NCBI GenBank assembly: GCA_012840395.1 | Contig: DULL01000010.1 | Coordinates: forward strand, 16,264-80,263 | Origin: Clostridiaceae bacterium | GTDB taxonomy: Bacteria > Bacillota > Clostridia > Acetivibrionales > DULL01 | Direction: 5' to 3' | Length of the DNA stretch: 64,000 nt | In this document: one piece after another, positions 19,722-29,153 of the stretch | How positions within the stretch are numbered: position 1 is the stretch's first letter | How the letters are laid out: each line of letters starts with the position of its first letter | Notes under the pieces: model-generated | The model's input: only the letters and a program-made list of their open reading frames with translations | Databases searched by the model: none | Told to the model about the DNA's origin: nothing | Position numbers and translations under genes: made by a program

Positions 19722-20010
19722 ATTGTATTACCACAAGACAGATTATGCATATTCGGTAGTTTTGAAGCCAAATAGTTATATGCTTTTTTTCAAGGATAAT
19801 GACAAGTATAAAATTGTACCTGTGGATACTTTTTCAAATTTTCTACTATTTCATCTAATAAGCATTTATCAACTGTTTTCTTAGTTAGTGGATTAAAAAG
19901 ATGATAACCTCCCACGTAAACCTGTGGATTAAAACTTACAGCCTTTTCCATGATATTCACAATACCGGTTGAGTTGAAGTATTTTTAACAGTGGCAGTTG
20001 GAATAGCCAA
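19722..20010 (-). pseudogene. Decayed C-terminal remnant of an MBL-fold metallo-hydrolase gene (copy B)
   Basis: The minus strand reads GYSNCHC*KYFNSTGIVNIMEKAVSFNPQVYVGGYHLFNPLTKKTVDKCLLDEIVENLKKYPQVQFYTCHYP*KKAYNYLASKLPNMHNLSCGNTI**. There are two in-frame stops and no N-terminal half. Confidence 0.65.
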
Positions 20011-20240
20011 TTAAAAAGAAAGCAATTATATACACTATAAAAAGACATAGACCATTTTTTCATATTTGTAAATGATTATATTATAGTGTTTTTTCGTATC
20101 TTTATAAAACTTGTATATAATTTATATTGAAGGATAAAGTGATTATTAATATAACCCAAATACCAAACAACAATTAATACTTTATTTTTTTAATATTTGA
20201 GGCAAAAGGTTTAAGAAAAATAACGGAAGGTATTAGATAT

Positions 20241-21158
20241 ATGACTAAATTATATGAAATGATAGGCAATTTGTTAAAGGAAAGATGGCCAAGGGCAGCT
20301 ATCAAATTATATAACAAAGCCTATTTAACCTTTAAAGGGACTCCTGATATTGACCTGCTAATGAATATGGGTCTTGTCTATGACCGCTTAGGAGACTATG
20401 ATTCTGCCGAAAAAAAATACCGGGAGATACTGTCTATCAATCCTAATGTGGCAGGAGCATTATATGGAATAGCTGTATTGTATGATAACTTAAAAAAATA
20501 TGACAAAGCAATTGAGTATTACGAAAAAGCTATAAATGTTAATCCATATTATGACCGGGCTTATTTTTTCCTTGCAAATATTTACGATGAGACAGGAGAT
20601 AAAGAAAAAGCCATAGAATATTATAGAAAGGTGATTGAGCTTGTGCCTGATGACTTTTGGGCTTATAATAACTTAGGCGCAATATATGAAGAAACAGGTA
20701 ATGACAATCTTGCAATTGAAATGTTCAGGAAATCCTTGCAAATTAATCCGGGACATTTTAAAGCTTTGTTTAACATGGGAGTAGCTTTTGGAAAGCTAGG
20801 TTATTACAAAAAGGCTGAGGAATATTACCACCAGTCTATACAAAAGAATCCCTATTATCCATATAGTTATCTAAATCTGGGTGAGTTGTATAAAGAAAAT
20901 GGTGATTTTCAAAAGGCCATTGATGTTATTAGCCGTGGAATTAATTTCAATAACAGGGAGGCCTATTTATATTATAACAGGGCATGCATTTATGCTCAGC
21001 TAAATCATGTAAATAAAGCCCTTGAAGACTTGATTACAGCTACAGATCTTGACCCGGAACTGGTTGAATACATGAAAAAAGATAAAGAGCTGGACCCGGT
21101 AAGACAACTTGAAGGTTATAGAAGCCGGTGGGGAAATATTGATAATAAAAGTACATAG
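20241..21158 (+). CDS. Tetratricopeptide (TPR) repeat protein
   Basis: About seven 34-aa repeats with the A..Y/L..A...P pattern (for example YDKAIEYYEKAINVNPYY). Confidence 0.88.
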   Translation: MTKLYEMIGNLLKERWPRAAIKLYNKAYLTFKGTPDIDLLMNMGLVYDRLGDYDSAEKKYREILSINPNVAGALYGIAVLYDNLKKYDKAIEYYEKAINVNPYYDRAYFFLANIYDETGDKEKAIEYYRKVIELVPDDFWAYNNLGAIYEETGNDNLAIEMFRKSLQINPGHFKALFNMGVAFGKLGYYKKAEEYYHQSIQKNPYYPYSYLNLGELYKENGDFQKAIDVISRGINFNNREAYLYYNRACIYAQLNHVNKALEDLITATDLDPELVEYMKKDKELDPVRQLEGYRSRWGNIDNKST

Positions 21159-21308
21159 AACAATATTAGAAAGAGTTTGTATAAAACAATACATAGGGAT
21201 AACATCCTTTACATGTAATAATATGGAGTAATTTCAATTTTATTGAAATTGTCTAGCGGAAATATTACAATCTAATTAAATTAAGAATATGTAGAATAGG
21301 GGGATAAA

Positions 21309-22643
21309 ATGAAAGGGTCTGTACGAATATTGGTGTTGTTTATTGTAATATCGCTTTTTATTAACTTATTTTCTGGTTGCGGAAGGTCAAAACAATCTAA
21401 TCTGGAAACTAATCCAACAGTCTCTGGCAATTCAAACTCCGGTAATACCACCCCTTCTGGTAACACTTCAACAGTTGATACAGAACCACAACCATTAAAA
21501 ATATCTTACAAAGTATACAGAAATGTTATTAAAGATGATGGTACTGATCTGGTGTATTTTAGACTCTCTTTTCCTTATATCGATAATCCGGAAAACGGCA
21601 AGGGTATTGCAGCCATTAATGATTATTATGAAACATATGTTAACAATTTTATCAATACTGTTGTAGCAGAGGGAAAAGAGGTTGCTTTGGAAGGGAAGAA
21701 GAACATGCAGGAAGCCGGATTGGATTTTTTCCCCTTTGCTTATGTGAGGGAGGCTAGTGTTTCTTACAATGGAAACAACCTGATGTCAGTTTTGCATATA
21801 GGCTATGATAATACCGGAGGAGCACATCCCACCAACTACTGGGCTTCTGAGACTTTTGATGTAAAAACCGGTAAAAAGCTTGCTTTGACAGATATTTTTG
21901 GATTGAGCAAAGAAAAAAGTCTTGAAAAGGTTTATGATGTTGTACTTAATCAAATAAAAAATGACAAAGAGGCAGAAATGTACTATTTTGAGGACTATGA
22001 GAAAGGTGTAAAAGAATACTATTCTGAAAATGATTTTTTCCTGGATTCTGATGGAATAATATTCTATTATCAAACTTATGCTATTGGTCCATACGCTGCA
22101 GGTATACCATCATTTAAACTCCCATACGAAAAGGCAGGAGATCTTGCCATTAAAATTTTACCTGTTAAATTGACAGAGGATGAAAGAGATATTATTATTA
22201 AGGCAGGAAGGTTAATTGAAGACAATATAGATGTCTTCTGCAATATATACGGTCTCTCCATGCTTCCATTGGAAATACCTGAAAATATTCCTGAAGGACA
22301 GTCCCTGTTTCCTGTAAAAGATGTCAGGTTTAGAACTTTCTCTGATCTTGAAAATTATATAAGAGGCATATATGTGAAAAGTGAAGCTGATACGCTGTTA
22401 AGTAGCGTACGGTATACTGACAAAGATGGTAAGCTGCATGGGGATATAAACCAGGATGCAGGTGTGGGGTATTATGTTAATTGGAATGAATACCGCTACG
22501 AAGTAAGTGATATAAGCAAAAACAGTGCAACTATTACCATCTATACAGTTGATGATTCACCTGCAGGAAAGAAAGACAAGATAATAAAAGTAAAAATGCT
22601 AAAGGAAAACGGCTTATGGTTATTAGAAAAAATGTTTAGTTAA
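21309..22643 (+). CDS. Lipoprotein with DUF3298/DUF4163 (RsiV-like) module and a C-terminal IseA-like (DL-endopeptidase-inhibitor-like) domain
   Basis: Lipobox LFSGC, a low-complexity S/N/T linker, and the GGAHPTNY motif of DUF3298. The C-terminal FSDLENYIRGIYVKSEADTLLSSVRYTDKDGKLHG resembles IseA-family proteins as I recall them. Confidence 0.7.
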   Translation: MKGSVRILVLFIVISLFINLFSGCGRSKQSNLETNPTVSGNSNSGNTTPSGNTSTVDTEPQPLKISYKVYRNVIKDDGTDLVYFRLSFPYIDNPENGKGIAAINDYYETYVNNFINTVVAEGKEVALEGKKNMQEAGLDFFPFAYVREASVSYNGNNLMSVLHIGYDNTGGAHPTNYWASETFDVKTGKKLALTDIFGLSKEKSLEKVYDVVLNQIKNDKEAEMYYFEDYEKGVKEYYSENDFFLDSDGIIFYYQTYAIGPYAAGIPSFKLPYEKAGDLAIKILPVKLTEDERDIIIKAGRLIEDNIDVFCNIYGLSMLPLEIPENIPEGQSLFPVKDVRFRTFSDLENYIRGIYVKSEADTLLSSVRYTDKDGKLHGDINQDAGVGYYVNWNEYRYEVSDISKNSATITIYTVDDSPAGKKDKIIKVKMLKENGLWLLEKMFS

Positions 22644-22697
22644 ATTATTTGCCAGACATTAAATTTTTAGCCAGATATAATTTAAGGAGGTTAAAAT

Positions 22698-22734
22698 CAA
22701 GGAGGTTGGCTAGCACCATACTCCTTGTTTTCTT
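22698..22734 (+). terminator. Intrinsic terminator
   Basis: CAAGGAG...CTCCTTG stem followed by TTTTCTT. Confidence 0.55.
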
Positions 22735-22825
22735 ATTATATATGATAATAACTTAGTAATAAAGGAAACATTTTATTCTTACATAATATTATATATAGGA
22801 AGAATAAAATTTGTATGGTGAAATA

Positions 22826-24097
22826 ATGGAAACTTTGACTTTTGGTTCAACAGGGCCGAATGTAAAGCTAATACAAAGCCTATTGGCCAGAATAGGGTAT
22901 AATCCGGGACCGGTTGATGGTATATTTGGTTCACGGACCCGCCAGGCTGTATTAGAATTCCAAAGAGATAATGGACTTGTTCCCGATGGAATAGTAGGAC
23001 CTGCAACATGGGGAATATTTGAGAGATTTTTAATTGGTTATGATACTTACATAATCCGCCCGGGTGATACTTTATACACTATAGCGCTAAGATATTATAC
23101 TACCGTGAACGCTATACTGACAGCTAATCCAGGTATTGATCCCTTATCCCTGAGAGTGGGGCAAAGAATTATTGTGCCTTATGGAATAGACGTAGTTTTT
23201 ACAGACATAGACTATACTTATAGTATTATGGAAAGAGATATACAAGGGCTTAAGGCAAGATATCCGTTTATTGAAGTGGGTGTAGCAGGTCAAAGTGTCC
23301 TTGGCAGAAACCTGTATTATATAAGACTTGGCACCGGAGCAACAGAAGTGCATTATAACGGGGCTCACCATGGACTTGAATGGATTACCACACCACTTTT
23401 AATGAAGTTCATAGAGAACTTTTGCCGGGCATATTCAACCAATTCAAGCATTAGAGGATATAATATACGGGATATATGGAACAGAAGCAGTATTTATATA
23501 ATACCTATGGTAAATCCTGATGGAGTGAGTTTAGTACTTGAAGGATTAAAACCGGATAATCCATACTATCAACAACTTCTTGCATGGAACAGAACAGGCC
23601 TTCCTTTCTCACAGGTGTGGCAAGCTAATATAAGAGGTGTGGATTTAAACCGGAATTACCCTGCAAGCTGGGAAGAGGCTAAAGCACAAGAATTTTCTTT
23701 AGGCATAACGGGCCCCGGCCCGACCAGGTATGGAGGTCCTTCACCACTTTCAGAACCAGAAACACAGACTATGGTTAATTTTACAAGACAGCATAATTTT
23801 AAATTGGTAATTGCTTACCATACTCAAGGAAGGGTTATTTACTGGCTCTATAAGAATATATTTGTTCCTCGTGCCCAGGAAATCGGCCAGGTTTTTGCCA
23901 GAGCCAGCGGATATGAACTTGCATTCACACCTTTAGAGGCTGCATATGCAGGATATAAAGATTGGTTTATTGAAGAATTCAGGAGACCGGGATATACAAT
24001 TGAAGTAGGCTTAGGAAGAAATCCTATATCAATTACCCAGTTTGATACTATTTATAGAGAAAATGAAGAAATAATGCTGCTAGCACCTATAATTTGA
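22826..24097 (+). CDS. M14-family gamma-D-glutamyl-meso-diaminopimelate peptidase with PG-binding-1 and LysM domains
   Basis: PG_binding_1 (GSTGPNVKLIQSLL...DGIVGPATW) and LysM (YIIRPGDTLYTIALRY). Zinc carboxypeptidase motifs HGLEWIT, NPDG, VDLNRNY, AYHTQG. Confidence 0.9.
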   Translation: METLTFGSTGPNVKLIQSLLARIGYNPGPVDGIFGSRTRQAVLEFQRDNGLVPDGIVGPATWGIFERFLIGYDTYIIRPGDTLYTIALRYYTTVNAILTANPGIDPLSLRVGQRIIVPYGIDVVFTDIDYTYSIMERDIQGLKARYPFIEVGVAGQSVLGRNLYYIRLGTGATEVHYNGAHHGLEWITTPLLMKFIENFCRAYSTNSSIRGYNIRDIWNRSSIYIIPMVNPDGVSLVLEGLKPDNPYYQQLLAWNRTGLPFSQVWQANIRGVDLNRNYPASWEEAKAQEFSLGITGPGPTRYGGPSPLSEPETQTMVNFTRQHNFKLVIAYHTQGRVIYWLYKNIFVPRAQEIGQVFARASGYELAFTPLEAAYAGYKDWFIEEFRRPGYTIEVGLGRNPISITQFDTIYRENEEIMLLAPII

Positions 24098-24791
24098 AAC
24101 TGCCATAACTGATGTTTTCCAGAGTTAAAAATTCTTGTTTCAGCCGGGCATAGGCCTTTTCTTTTTCCTTTTTAAAATTATCTTGTGCAATAAAATAAAC
24201 AGGTTTCCCTACCAGGATATATCTTTCTCTTTTTTTTATGTGCAAAGGGACAAAGGCGAGATGCTTGCCTGTTTTCTCAAAATATAATTTTTCGAGGTTT
24301 AAGAAACCTTTGTACAATTCTCCAATATTTGTGCTTTTGTCTGTATAATCAATATCGGGGGATATCAAAATATTTTGACCACTGGTCAAGGCATATATGC
24401 TTTGTTTAAAAGTTTTTAAAATATCCTTTGAACCGCGGTATACAGGGATGGCTTGTGCAACTCTCATTAAGGCTGCTACACAAAATGATAAAGGATAAAT
24501 AATAATCGCAGCTATAATTTTGGGAATACCAAATCGTTTCGTAAAGGTATATTCATAATAATGCCTAAAACATGCAGAATGGTTACAAAATACGCTTAAA
24601 ACCCATGGACGGACAGTCCTGTCAAACCAAGCCATGCTTATAAGCGGTCCTTTCAGGTTTTGATGGTGAATAAGATAAACTGCAGGTTCATCTATATCTT
24701 TTGTTGTATAACAAACCCTGTAATGGCGGGTAAAACATCGGAGTAAAAAACGGCAAAAGTTAAAAATGTTTTTTCTTATTATTTCATTCAT
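24087..24791 (-). CDS. Divergent lysophospholipid-acyltransferase-like (PlsC/LPLAT superfamily) protein
   Basis: Size and layout resemble LPLATs. HHQNLKGP occupies the place of the HX4D motif and ISPDIDY the place of the FPEG block. The assignment is tentative. Confidence 0.5.
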   Translation of the reverse strand: MNEIIRKNIFNFCRFLLRCFTRHYRVCYTTKDIDEPAVYLIHHQNLKGPLISMAWFDRTVRPWVLSVFCNHSACFRHYYEYTFTKRFGIPKIIAAIIIYPLSFCVAALMRVAQAIPVYRGSKDILKTFKQSIYALTSGQNILISPDIDYTDKSTNIGELYKGFLNLEKLYFEKTGKHLAFVPLHIKKRERYILVGKPVYFIAQDNFKKEKEKAYARLKQEFLTLENISYGSFKL

Positions 24792-24817
24792 TTGTTTTCA
24801 TTTTCCTTCTGGCAATT

Positions 24818-25981
24818 TTATACAGATGAATTAAATCCATTATTCTCGCTCTTAGAAGCAAGCGGGCCTGAGCTGTACTTTTTATTTGAAATCCAGCGCA
24901 AATGAATATGATAGCTTATGAATCCTAAGATAAAATCAACTATTAATTTTATTATAACAATATTAATATGGCTGAACAAGCTGGCCAGGTAAATCAATCC
25001 GCAAGAAAACACTGTCATTACTAACAATAAAATATAGTAGCGAAATAAAGTATATTTCAATTTGCCTATGCCAGCAATAAAGGTACTTCTACTTATAATA
25101 TATTTACAGGCAGCAGACAGTAACCTGGCAATAGCTGCACATGCAAAAATTCTTGCAAGGGCCTGAAAACCAGCAAAAACTGTACTATATAACACAAAAA
25201 ATACAAACAGGTCAAGGATACCACAAAATATGGCTGCCAGCATTTGTTTTAAGATCCCGTAAACAAGGCAGCGAAAGATTCGGAATGAATCTCTTATTGC
25301 TTTATAGTGAGAACCGGAATTGTTATCAATATAAAGTGTTTTAATTGGTACCAAATGCAAGGGGATATTGCGGAATCTTGAGTAAATGAGCATGTTTATT
25401 TCATAATCGTAACGTTCACCTTTAAGTTCTGTAATCCAGCTAAGTTCACTGGTCGGTATTCCTCTTAGACCTGTTTGGGTATCGCTTAAGTAATAGCCAT
25501 AAAGGAACCAGAAAACTCTGCTGGTTACTGTATTACCAATATAACTTCGTTCTGGGACATTATCTTCCTGAAAATTTCTTACGCCTAAAATAATAGAATT
25601 CTTGTAAATAGATAATTTTTCGGCAATATTGCATATATCTTCTGCTGCATGTTGTCCGTCAGCATCAGCAGTAACTACGCCATCTAAATTTGGGTAATGA
25701 TCTATAAAATACAAGAAGGCTGTTTTTAAAGCTCTTCCCTTGCCACAATTCACCTTATGAGTAAGGACAGTGCAGTTTTTTATCTGTTCTAAGGCCTGAA
25801 ATACACTATTATATGTAGATTCACTACCATCATTTACGACAATAATTTGAGGTATGCCATAATTTAGAAGTTCATTTACCAAGTTGATCAAGTTATGGCC
25901 AGGATTTAAGGCTGGTATAACAACTGCGCTGTTTATACTTGGCAGATTTATTCTGTTGTTTGGTTCAGGATAATCAACCAA
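24818..25981 (-). CDS. Bifunctional family-2 glycosyltransferase with C-terminal GtrA-like membrane domain
   Basis: VVIPALNPG, DADGQH (DxD) and a 4-TM GtrA-like tail. TTG start. Confidence 0.88.
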   Translation of the reverse strand: MVDYPEPNNRINLPSINSAVVIPALNPGHNLINLVNELLNYGIPQIIVVNDGSESTYNSVFQALEQIKNCTVLTHKVNCGKGRALKTAFLYFIDHYPNLDGVVTADADGQHAAEDICNIAEKLSIYKNSIILGVRNFQEDNVPERSYIGNTVTSRVFWFLYGYYLSDTQTGLRGIPTSELSWITELKGERYDYEINMLIYSRFRNIPLHLVPIKTLYIDNNSGSHYKAIRDSFRIFRCLVYGILKQMLAAIFCGILDLFVFFVLYSTVFAGFQALARIFACAAIARLLSAACKYIISRSTFIAGIGKLKYTLFRYYILLLVMTVFSCGLIYLASLFSHINIVIIKLIVDFILGFISYHIHLRWISNKKYSSGPLASKSENNGFNSSV

Positions 25982-26150
25982 TTGAATTTCAGCCTTTCTA
26001 TAATTTAATTATACATCATGATTTTTGAGTAATCATGATATATTGTGCATAATCCTTCTTGTCCTATATATGGATATTATATTATACTTAATTTTATTTT
26101 ATCATATTTATGATATATAATAAAAAGTTCAAAATGAAGAAAATTATGTA

Positions 26151-26190
26151 AAAAGAAGCGGCATATGCATCATATTGCCGCATATGCCGC
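26151..26190 (-). terminator. Intrinsic terminator ending the ABC operon / small ORF
   Basis: GCGGCATATGC / GCATATGCCGC 11-bp stem, then TTCTTTT on the minus strand. Confidence 0.8.
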
Positions 26191-26209
26191 AAAAATTTTG
26201 TATTAATGC

Positions 26210-26530
26210 TTATTTCGTGTGAAGATAAACATTCAGTGTATTCTTCATATCGTAATATTCATCTTCAGCTGGTTTAATAAAATATTGATTTCCTATAAGC
26301 TCGGTGGAAAAATTTTCAAATCCCTGATTTTTCAGATATTTTTCCAGGTCTTCTATCTTTTCATTTTGCCCAAACAAAATCTTGTCGCCAACATAATCAT
26401 TATTTACATATACTTTATAGGAATCATGAGAAATCTTTGAACCATCAAATATATCACTACTGTCAACTGCACCAAAAAGAAATCCAGAAAGGCCAAAATA
26501 ATAGTTTTGCGAATCTCCTCCATTTGGCAT
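26210..26530 (-). CDS. Small hypothetical protein (106 aa), no recognised family
   Basis: Strong RBS AAAAGAGGAGGG 7 nt before the ATG. No TM segment or signal peptide. A terminator lies immediately downstream. Confidence 0.7.
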   Translation of the reverse strand: MPNGGDSQNYYFGLSGFLFGAVDSSDIFDGSKISHDSYKVYVNNDYVGDKILFGQNEKIEDLEKYLKNQGFENFSTELIGNQYFIKPAEDEYYDMKNTLNVYLHTK

Positions 26531-26689
26531 GAAAATCCCTCCTCTTTTAATATTGAAGTTGTCAAATATTATTGCGAAGTTGTCAGGTTCATATTTTTAT
26601 TATTCCAATGAATAAAAAATATATTATTTGTGATTTTTAGAATACTAAGGAGGGAACATAAGGTATTAAGGTAAAAATGGTAGAGTTAA

Positions 26690-27277
26690 TTATTTTTCAA
26701 TAATATCCATGGAGACCAAATTACCGTCAAATTCTTTTACTTCATCAGGATCATGTGTAACCAATATAACTGTTTTACCTTGAGTATTTTCTTTAACATA
26801 CTGTATCACCACCTGCTTTGTATTAGTGTCCAGTCCTTTAAAAGGTTCATCCATAAAGATTACTTCGCTTTCAGCAAGAATAGAACGTACTATTGCAACC
26901 CTGCGCCGCATTCCACCACTTAATTCGCATACCGGCAGATGAATGCTGTTTTCTTTTATTCCTACACTTGCTAAATGTTCCTTAATGGTTTGTGTGTCAA
27001 TGTCACTTGTGCATACCATACGTACATTTGAAACTGCATTAAAGGAATCACAAAGCCGGTCTTCCTGAAATACTGCGCTTTTTTTATCCGGAACACCTGT
27101 GATGGTGCCGCTGTCCGGACAAAGAAATCCCATTAGTATATTTAGCAGCGTGGTTTTTCCGCATCCAGAGGGACCCATAATAAAATTATATTGGTGTTCA
27201 TATATTATTGTTGAAAAATTCTGCAAAACTAATTTATCGCCAAAACTCTTAGAAATATTGTTGATAGAAATATCCAT
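26690..27277 (-). CDS. ABC transporter ATP-binding protein (NitT/TauT type)
   Basis: Walker A GPSGCGKTT, LSGGMRRR, IFMDEPFKGLD. Confidence 0.92.
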   Translation of the reverse strand: MDISINNISKSFGDKLVLQNFSTIIYEHQYNFIMGPSGCGKTTLLNILMGFLCPDSGTITGVPDKKSAVFQEDRLCDSFNAVSNVRMVCTSDIDTQTIKEHLASVGIKENSIHLPVCELSGGMRRRVAIVRSILAESEVIFMDEPFKGLDTNTKQVVIQYVKENTQGKTVILVTHDPDEVKEFDGNLVSMDIIEK

Positions 27278-28093
27278 TTAAGATTTCACCCACAATCTAA
27301 AAAAGGCTTTCAGTAAATAAATAAATAGCTTTTCAAAGAGAATACTGATAACTATAATTGCAACTGTCCAGGCAAAGAGGTCACTTGAGCTTAAGTAGAT
27401 TTTAGCCTCATATAGTTTTTCTCCTATGGAGCCTTCCGGTATTCCGATTAACTCAGCAGCTACGCCTGCTTTCCACGACATTCCGATAGACAGGCTGCAT
27501 GCAGAAATTAAATATGGCCTAAGCTGCGGAACATAAATATAATGCAGTCTTCTCCACCATTTTACCCTGAACAGGTCTGCCATCTCAAGAAGCTTTCCGT
27601 CTGTACTTTTAATACCTTGTAAGACGTTGGTATAAACAATGGGCAAGACCATGAGAAAAGAAATAAAAACAGACAGACTTTTTGAACTAATCCAAATAAG
27701 GAACAGTACAATAAATGAGGCTACAGGGGTTGATTTAATAGCAATTATATATGGTTGTAATAAAATTTCAACAATGCGAAAGCGGCCTGCGGCAACAGCA
27801 AAAATAATACCCACAGCCAGCGCCATTAAAAATCCTGTAACAATCCTGGCTAACGTAAATAAAATAGTGCTCCAGAACTCCAGGCTTATACATAATTGCA
27901 GCAGATTTTGAGCCACAACCAGAGGAGCTGCCAGAAGCAGTGAGTTTCCAATAGCAGATGCACATATCTGCCAAATAGCAAGGGCGGCTATTACAGCCGC
28001 CAGTTTTTCAAGTTTCTTGTTATTTTGAATAATAGAAGTCTTCTCCGGGCATCTTTCCTCCGATTGATTTAGGGTTCTGTTCAAAAAGGACAT
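27278..28093 (-). CDS. ABC transporter permease (NitT/TauT type)
   Basis: Multi-TM BPD-type permease. The stop abuts the ATPase start. The only ATG start overlaps the binding-protein gene by 74 nt. Confidence 0.85.
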   Translation of the reverse strand: MSFLNRTLNQSEERCPEKTSIIQNNKKLEKLAAVIAALAIWQICASAIGNSLLLAAPLVVAQNLLQLCISLEFWSTILFTLARIVTGFLMALAVGIIFAVAAGRFRIVEILLQPYIIAIKSTPVASFIVLFLIWISSKSLSVFISFLMVLPIVYTNVLQGIKSTDGKLLEMADLFRVKWWRRLHYIYVPQLRPYLISACSLSIGMSWKAGVAAELIGIPEGSIGEKLYEAKIYLSSSDLFAWTVAIIVISILFEKLFIYLLKAFFRLWVKS

Positions 28094-29087
28094 TTAAATA
28101 CCCCTCCATTGCAGTTTTCATTTCGGATCCATCTATATAAGTAATATTACAGTAAGGAATGGCTTTTTCAGCTACCGCAGCGTTTACTATATTAAATTTC
28201 TCAACAAGTTTAGCTGCTTCTGACACATTATTGTTTACATATTCGGTGGATTGTTTATATTCATTCAGGAATACTTCAACCTGCTGGGGATAATTCTTAG
28301 CAAATTCGCTTCTTACAACAAGCACACCAGTAATCATAAGACTATCATTATCAAGATTTTCCCATTCTTTATTCATGTCAATGGCAATACGTAAATTTTC
28401 CAGTTTAGATTGAGCAACGGTAACATACGGCTGTGGCAACATTGCTATACCACCGCCTGCTTGTGAAAGCAAAGATACAACTTCTGTAGGTTCAGATTTC
28501 CATTCCAGTGTAATGTCCTTATCCGGATCAATTCCGTTTTCATTTAACAAATAGCGCAGTCCGTACTCGGGAGATGAACCTTTGCCGGTGCAATAGATGG
28601 TTTTACCTTTTAAATCATTGAAAGATGTAATTGTATTTCCGGTTTCAACAATGTAAAGCACACCTAAAGTATTTACAGCCAGGAGTTGAATAGCTCCCTG
28701 GGTGTTGTTATATAATACTGAGGCCAGGTTTGAAGGAACTGCAGCAATATCCAGGTCTCCCTGTATCAACTTGGGAGTTACTTCATCTGCTGAACCGAAG
28801 ATGGAAAATGTATAATTGTTGGAAGTATTTTTTTGTTCAGCTGCTTCCATTAACTGAACCATACCTATTGAGGTTGGGCCTTTGAGACCTGCAATGCGGA
28901 TTTCTAATTTATCTACATTTGTATCCTCTGACTTTTCAGCCGTTGATTCTTCTGTTGTATCTACAGTTGATTCTGCTGTTGAATTATTTCCGGTTGACTC
29001 TCCATTGTTGTTTGAGTTTCCCTGGCAACCTGCCAGTATAACAAATACTAATACAAATATTAAAATTAAACTAATTCTTCTTTTCAT
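28020..29087 (-). CDS. NMT1-like ABC substrate-binding lipoprotein
   Basis: MKRRISLILIFVLVFVILAGC lipoprotein signal after AAAGGAAGG RBS, an S/T/E-rich linker, and a periplasmic-binding fold translation. Confidence 0.88.
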   Translation of the reverse strand: MKRRISLILIFVLVFVILAGCQGNSNNNGESTGNNSTAESTVDTTEESTAEKSEDTNVDKLEIRIAGLKGPTSIGMVQLMEAAEQKNTSNNYTFSIFGSADEVTPKLIQGDLDIAAVPSNLASVLYNNTQGAIQLLAVNTLGVLYIVETGNTITSFNDLKGKTIYCTGKGSSPEYGLRYLLNENGIDPDKDITLEWKSEPTEVVSLLSQAGGGIAMLPQPYVTVAQSKLENLRIAIDMNKEWENLDNDSLMITGVLVVRSEFAKNYPQQVEVFLNEYKQSTEYVNNNVSEAAKLVEKFNIVNAAVAEKAIPYCNITYIDGSEMKTAMEGYLNVLFEQNPKSIGGKMPGEDFYYSK

Positions 29088-29153
29088 AACAATCCTTCCT
29101 TTTATAAATAAATTTATTAATATATTTTTTGATTTATCTGTTTCCATATTAAT

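Noticed and set aside
28020-28093. 74-nt overlap between the binding-protein and permease genes as a sign of a frameshift or fusion
   Set aside because: Both translations are full-length and family-typical. The overlap probably reflects an unrecognised non-ATG start of the permease.
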